Part shown: positions 60,221 to 64,000 of the stretch, piece after piece
Layout: each line of letters opens with the position of its first letter
Numbering within the stretch: position 1 is the stretch's first letter
From: the human T2T-CHM13v2.0 reference genome, Homo sapiens
Direction: 5' to 3' (one strand)
NCBI RefSeq assembly: GCF_009914755.1
Contig: NC_060928.1
DNA length: 64,000 nt
Translations under genes and position numbers: made by a program
Notes under the pieces: model-generated
What the model was told of the DNA's origin: nothing
Databases searched by the model: none
Seen by the model: the letters and a program-made list of their open reading frames with translations, nothing else

Positions 60221-60993
60221 GCTTTTAAAGAGTTTTTTTAATAAAATAAAAAGGTGTTGAAGTAAATGAAATAGGGAAGTACATTTGTTTTAAGTTATTT
60301 CACTTCCCAGGTATATTGCTAACTTCCTAGTTTTTCTTTTGTTTTTCTGTTTTTTATTTTATTTGTCTCTTTTAACACCTTTGCTGGTAGGAAGCTAGTT
60401 CTTTAATAAGTATTTGTTACAATGGTGATGAGTAAAATGGAAGAATCTGCGTCTTTGAAAGCCAGCATACACTCTTTTTTCAAAAGCAGACATTAAAGTT
60501 AAGACATGGTATGTGATCCTGAGCTACGGATTCTCTGAAAAAACAGAACGTGTTGAGGGTTGTTTTACTTTTTGTAATTTTTTTTTTACAGAGCCTGTGA
60601 AATCAGTTGTTGAGAGATTTTGAAATAAGTTCAAAACCAAAGTGTAGAAAAAAATCATTGAGAAAAAAAGAGAGAAAATAATTGAGGAATCATTACTAAA
60701 GGCAACTTTCATCTAAAAAAATGAGAACATTTGCTTGCAATGCAAAATCAGGTTTCAGCTGAAAAGTAAAGCCTGTTAAAACATTAACTACCACAGCAAA
60801 AATCTCAAATATTTTTTCAGCAATTCTAATTAAAGTATGCATCTTTTCAAAGTTTCTTCTACTGTTTTCTTTCCCTAAAAAGGAAGACGAAGAACGAGTC
60901 TCCGCTATCTGAATAAGATATTAATGGGTTTCCAAAAAAATTATAACCAGAGACAATAAGAACAAAAGTTCCTCATTTTTACTTCTCTTTTCA

Positions 60994-61790
<797 letters not shown>

Positions 61791-62030
61791 ATCTAAATTG
61801 GTTCTTTAAAAACTAGAAAAAGTGCACACTTGTTGAAAGAAAATTTTAATACAAATGTACCTGTATAAAATATGAATGTCCTTCTCTCCCCCGCATCAGT
61901 TTCCAGATGAATTCTTACTCATCTTAGCAGTTTTTGTGTTAAGGATCCTTCCAGATCCTTTCCTGAGCAGATATAAATAGTTTTTCATGTGACTATAAAC
62001 ATATGCTTATTTTATATATCGTTCTACAAC

Positions 62031-62336
62031 TCTTTTTTTTTTTTTTTTTTTTTTTTGAGATGGAGCCTCGCTCTGTCGCCCAGGCTGGAGTGCAATGGCA
62101 TGATCTTGGTTGACTGCAACCTCTGCCTCCCAGGTTCAAGCAATTCTCCTGCCTCGGCCTCCTGAGTAGCTGGGACTACAGGCGCCCACCACCATGCCCA
62201 CCTAATTTTTGTATTTTTAGTAGAGATGGGGTTTCACCATATTGGCCAGGCTGGTCTCGAACTTCTGACCTTGTGATCTGCCCACCTCGGCCTCCCAGCG
62301 TGCTGGGATTACAGGCATGAGCCACCGTGCCCAGCC
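62031..62336 (-). mobile_element. AluS
   Basis: TSD TACAACTCTTTTT. Confidence 0.95.
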
Positions 62337-62714
62337 TACAACTCTTTTTTAATATGCCAAATTGACACAGCTGGAAAGACCTGGTACTGAGACATGACTC
62401 CCAGTCTATCTGACTCTAGAACCTACTTTGTTTCCAGTACACAAAAATGCCATGTCAATTTGGGAAGACCAGTTCAGTATTGTATAGTTATACGTCCGTT
62501 GAATTCTTGATTCAATCAAGACATTCCTCTTCAGGGATTTCTGACTATTCAACAACCAGGAAATAAATAGTGGCACATTGACTAGATCATCTACTGACTG
62601 AAAATTATGAAAACTATGTTGCAACATGAAAAAGTAAAAAAATGGTATCTTCTGGTGATTTTTTTCCAAAACAAGAGAATTTTGCACCAAACCTAAATTT
62701 ATATCTTCAGTTCC

Positions 62715-62718
<4 letters not shown>

Positions 62719-62749
<31 letters not shown>
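62719..62749 (+). repeat. Poly(A) run of ~31 nt
   Basis: No recognisable SINE body upstream. Confidence 0.9.
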
Positions 62750-62750
<1 letters not shown>

Positions 62751-62896
62751 ACCAACTAGTTTAAATGGTAAATCCCCCCCTTTACAAAAAAAACATAAAG
62801 TCCTGTCTCCCTGGGCAGAGATAATAAAAGCCCTCTGTAAACTCTAAAGTCACCATACAACCATTAATTATTGTTTTCCTACAGACAATGGGAAAC

Positions 62897-63678
62897 GTTA
62901 AGGGTTTGACTAGCATCCCCAAAAAAATATGTTTGACACCCCAAAAAATATATTGACACCCTGTGAATGTGATCTTATTTGGAAATTAAATCTTTGCAGA
63001 TGTAATCAAGTTAACATGAGACCATTAGGATGGGCTTTAATCCAATATAACTGGTGTCTTTTTTTTTTTTTTTTTTTTGAGACGGAGTCTCACTCTGTTG
63101 CCCAGGCTGGAGTGCAGTGGTGTGATCTCAGCTCACTACAAACTCTGCCGCCACCCAAGTTCAAGCGATTCTCCTGCCTCAGCTTCCTGAGTAGCTGGGA
63201 CTACAAGCACCTTCCACTTCTCCTGGCTAATTTTTGTAGTTTTAGTAGAGACGGGGTTTCACTATCTTGGCCAGGCTGGTCTTGAACTCCTGACCTTGTG
63301 ATCCACCCGCCTCAGCCTCCCAAAGTGCTGGGATTACAGGTGTAAGCCACTGCACCTGACCTAACTGGTGTCATTATAAGAAGAGAGTAACTTGGACAGA
63401 GAGACACTCAGGGAGAAGAATACCAGGTGAACACACACACACAAAGGGAAAGCTGAGGTGTGAAGGTGGTTTGCCGCCACAAGCCAAGCATCACCTGAGG
63501 CTGGAAGAGGTGAAAGAGGCAGGGAAAGATTCTCCCCGGGAGACTTCGGAGGAAGCATGGCTTTGCCAACACCTTGATTTTGGGCTTCCAGCCTCTAGAA
63601 CTGTAAGAGAATAACTCTGTTGTTTGAAGCCACCCAATGTGTGGGATTTTATCATGGCAGCCCTAGGAAACTAATATA
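62897..63678 (+). mobile_element. MLT1C-like LTR split by an Alu
   Basis: CTGTGAATGTGATCTTATTTGGAAAT...GCAGCCCTAGGAAACTAATA. Confidence 0.85.
63059..63361 (-). mobile_element. AluS
   Basis: TSD TAACTGGTGTC. Confidence 0.95.
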
Positions 63679-63851
63679 GAAATAATTGAAGATTTTTAAG
63701 ATTGGGGGTGAGAGGACTAACATTTGCTGGGAACCTATGATGTTCCAGGCTCTTTGCTAGATGCTTTACTTATTTTATTTAATTCTAATAATCATGAGAA
63801 GAAAGCATTTTACAGATGAGAAAATTGAAGGTTGGAAGTTGATATGTTGTT

Positions 63852-64000
63852 GGGGAGGCCAAGGCAGGAGAATCGCTTGAGGCTAGGACTTCAAGATGAG
63901 CCTGGGCAATATAGCAAGACCCCATATCTACAAAAAAATTAAAAATTGGCCTGGCGTGGTGGTGTGTGCCTGTAATCCCAGACACTTGGGAACCTGAGGC
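63852..64000 (+). mobile_element. AluJ-like (5'-truncated, cut by window end) after a MIR fragment
   Basis: GGGAGGCCAAGGCAGGAG onward; MIR core TTTTACAGATGAGAAAATTGAAG upstream. Confidence 0.88.

Overview
This is primate (human-like) non-coding genomic DNA, dense in Alus (about 42 copies or fragments) plus MaLR/MLT LTRs, L1M, L2, MIR and DNA-transposon fossils. I recognise no host protein-coding exon, RNA gene or CpG-island promoter. Nearly all listed ORFs are Alu, microsatellite or chance frames. The dominant feature is a two-LTR HERV-H provirus (19780-25488, + strand). It has an intact tRNA-His PBS, a strong splice donor, a gag zinc knuckle and the usual deleted pol/env. Its LTR7 carries the ACAAAAGA motif typical of the pluripotency-active LTR7up type. 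The 5' LTR has lost its canonical polyA signal, and the two LTRs are identical over their first 193 bp but diverge after that. The least explained signals are fossil repair or retrotransposition scars: a fold-back inverted repeat whose loop is copied from 1.9 kb downstream (6324-6441), a 91-bp segment copied between 55.5 and 59.5 kb beside a G-quadruplex tract, a tail-less Alu with a perfect 16-bp TSD, and an antisense Alu monomer nested in an Alu. I cannot support a claim of a wholly new biological system. Repeat subfamily calls are by eye, their boundaries are approximate, and the locus was not identified.
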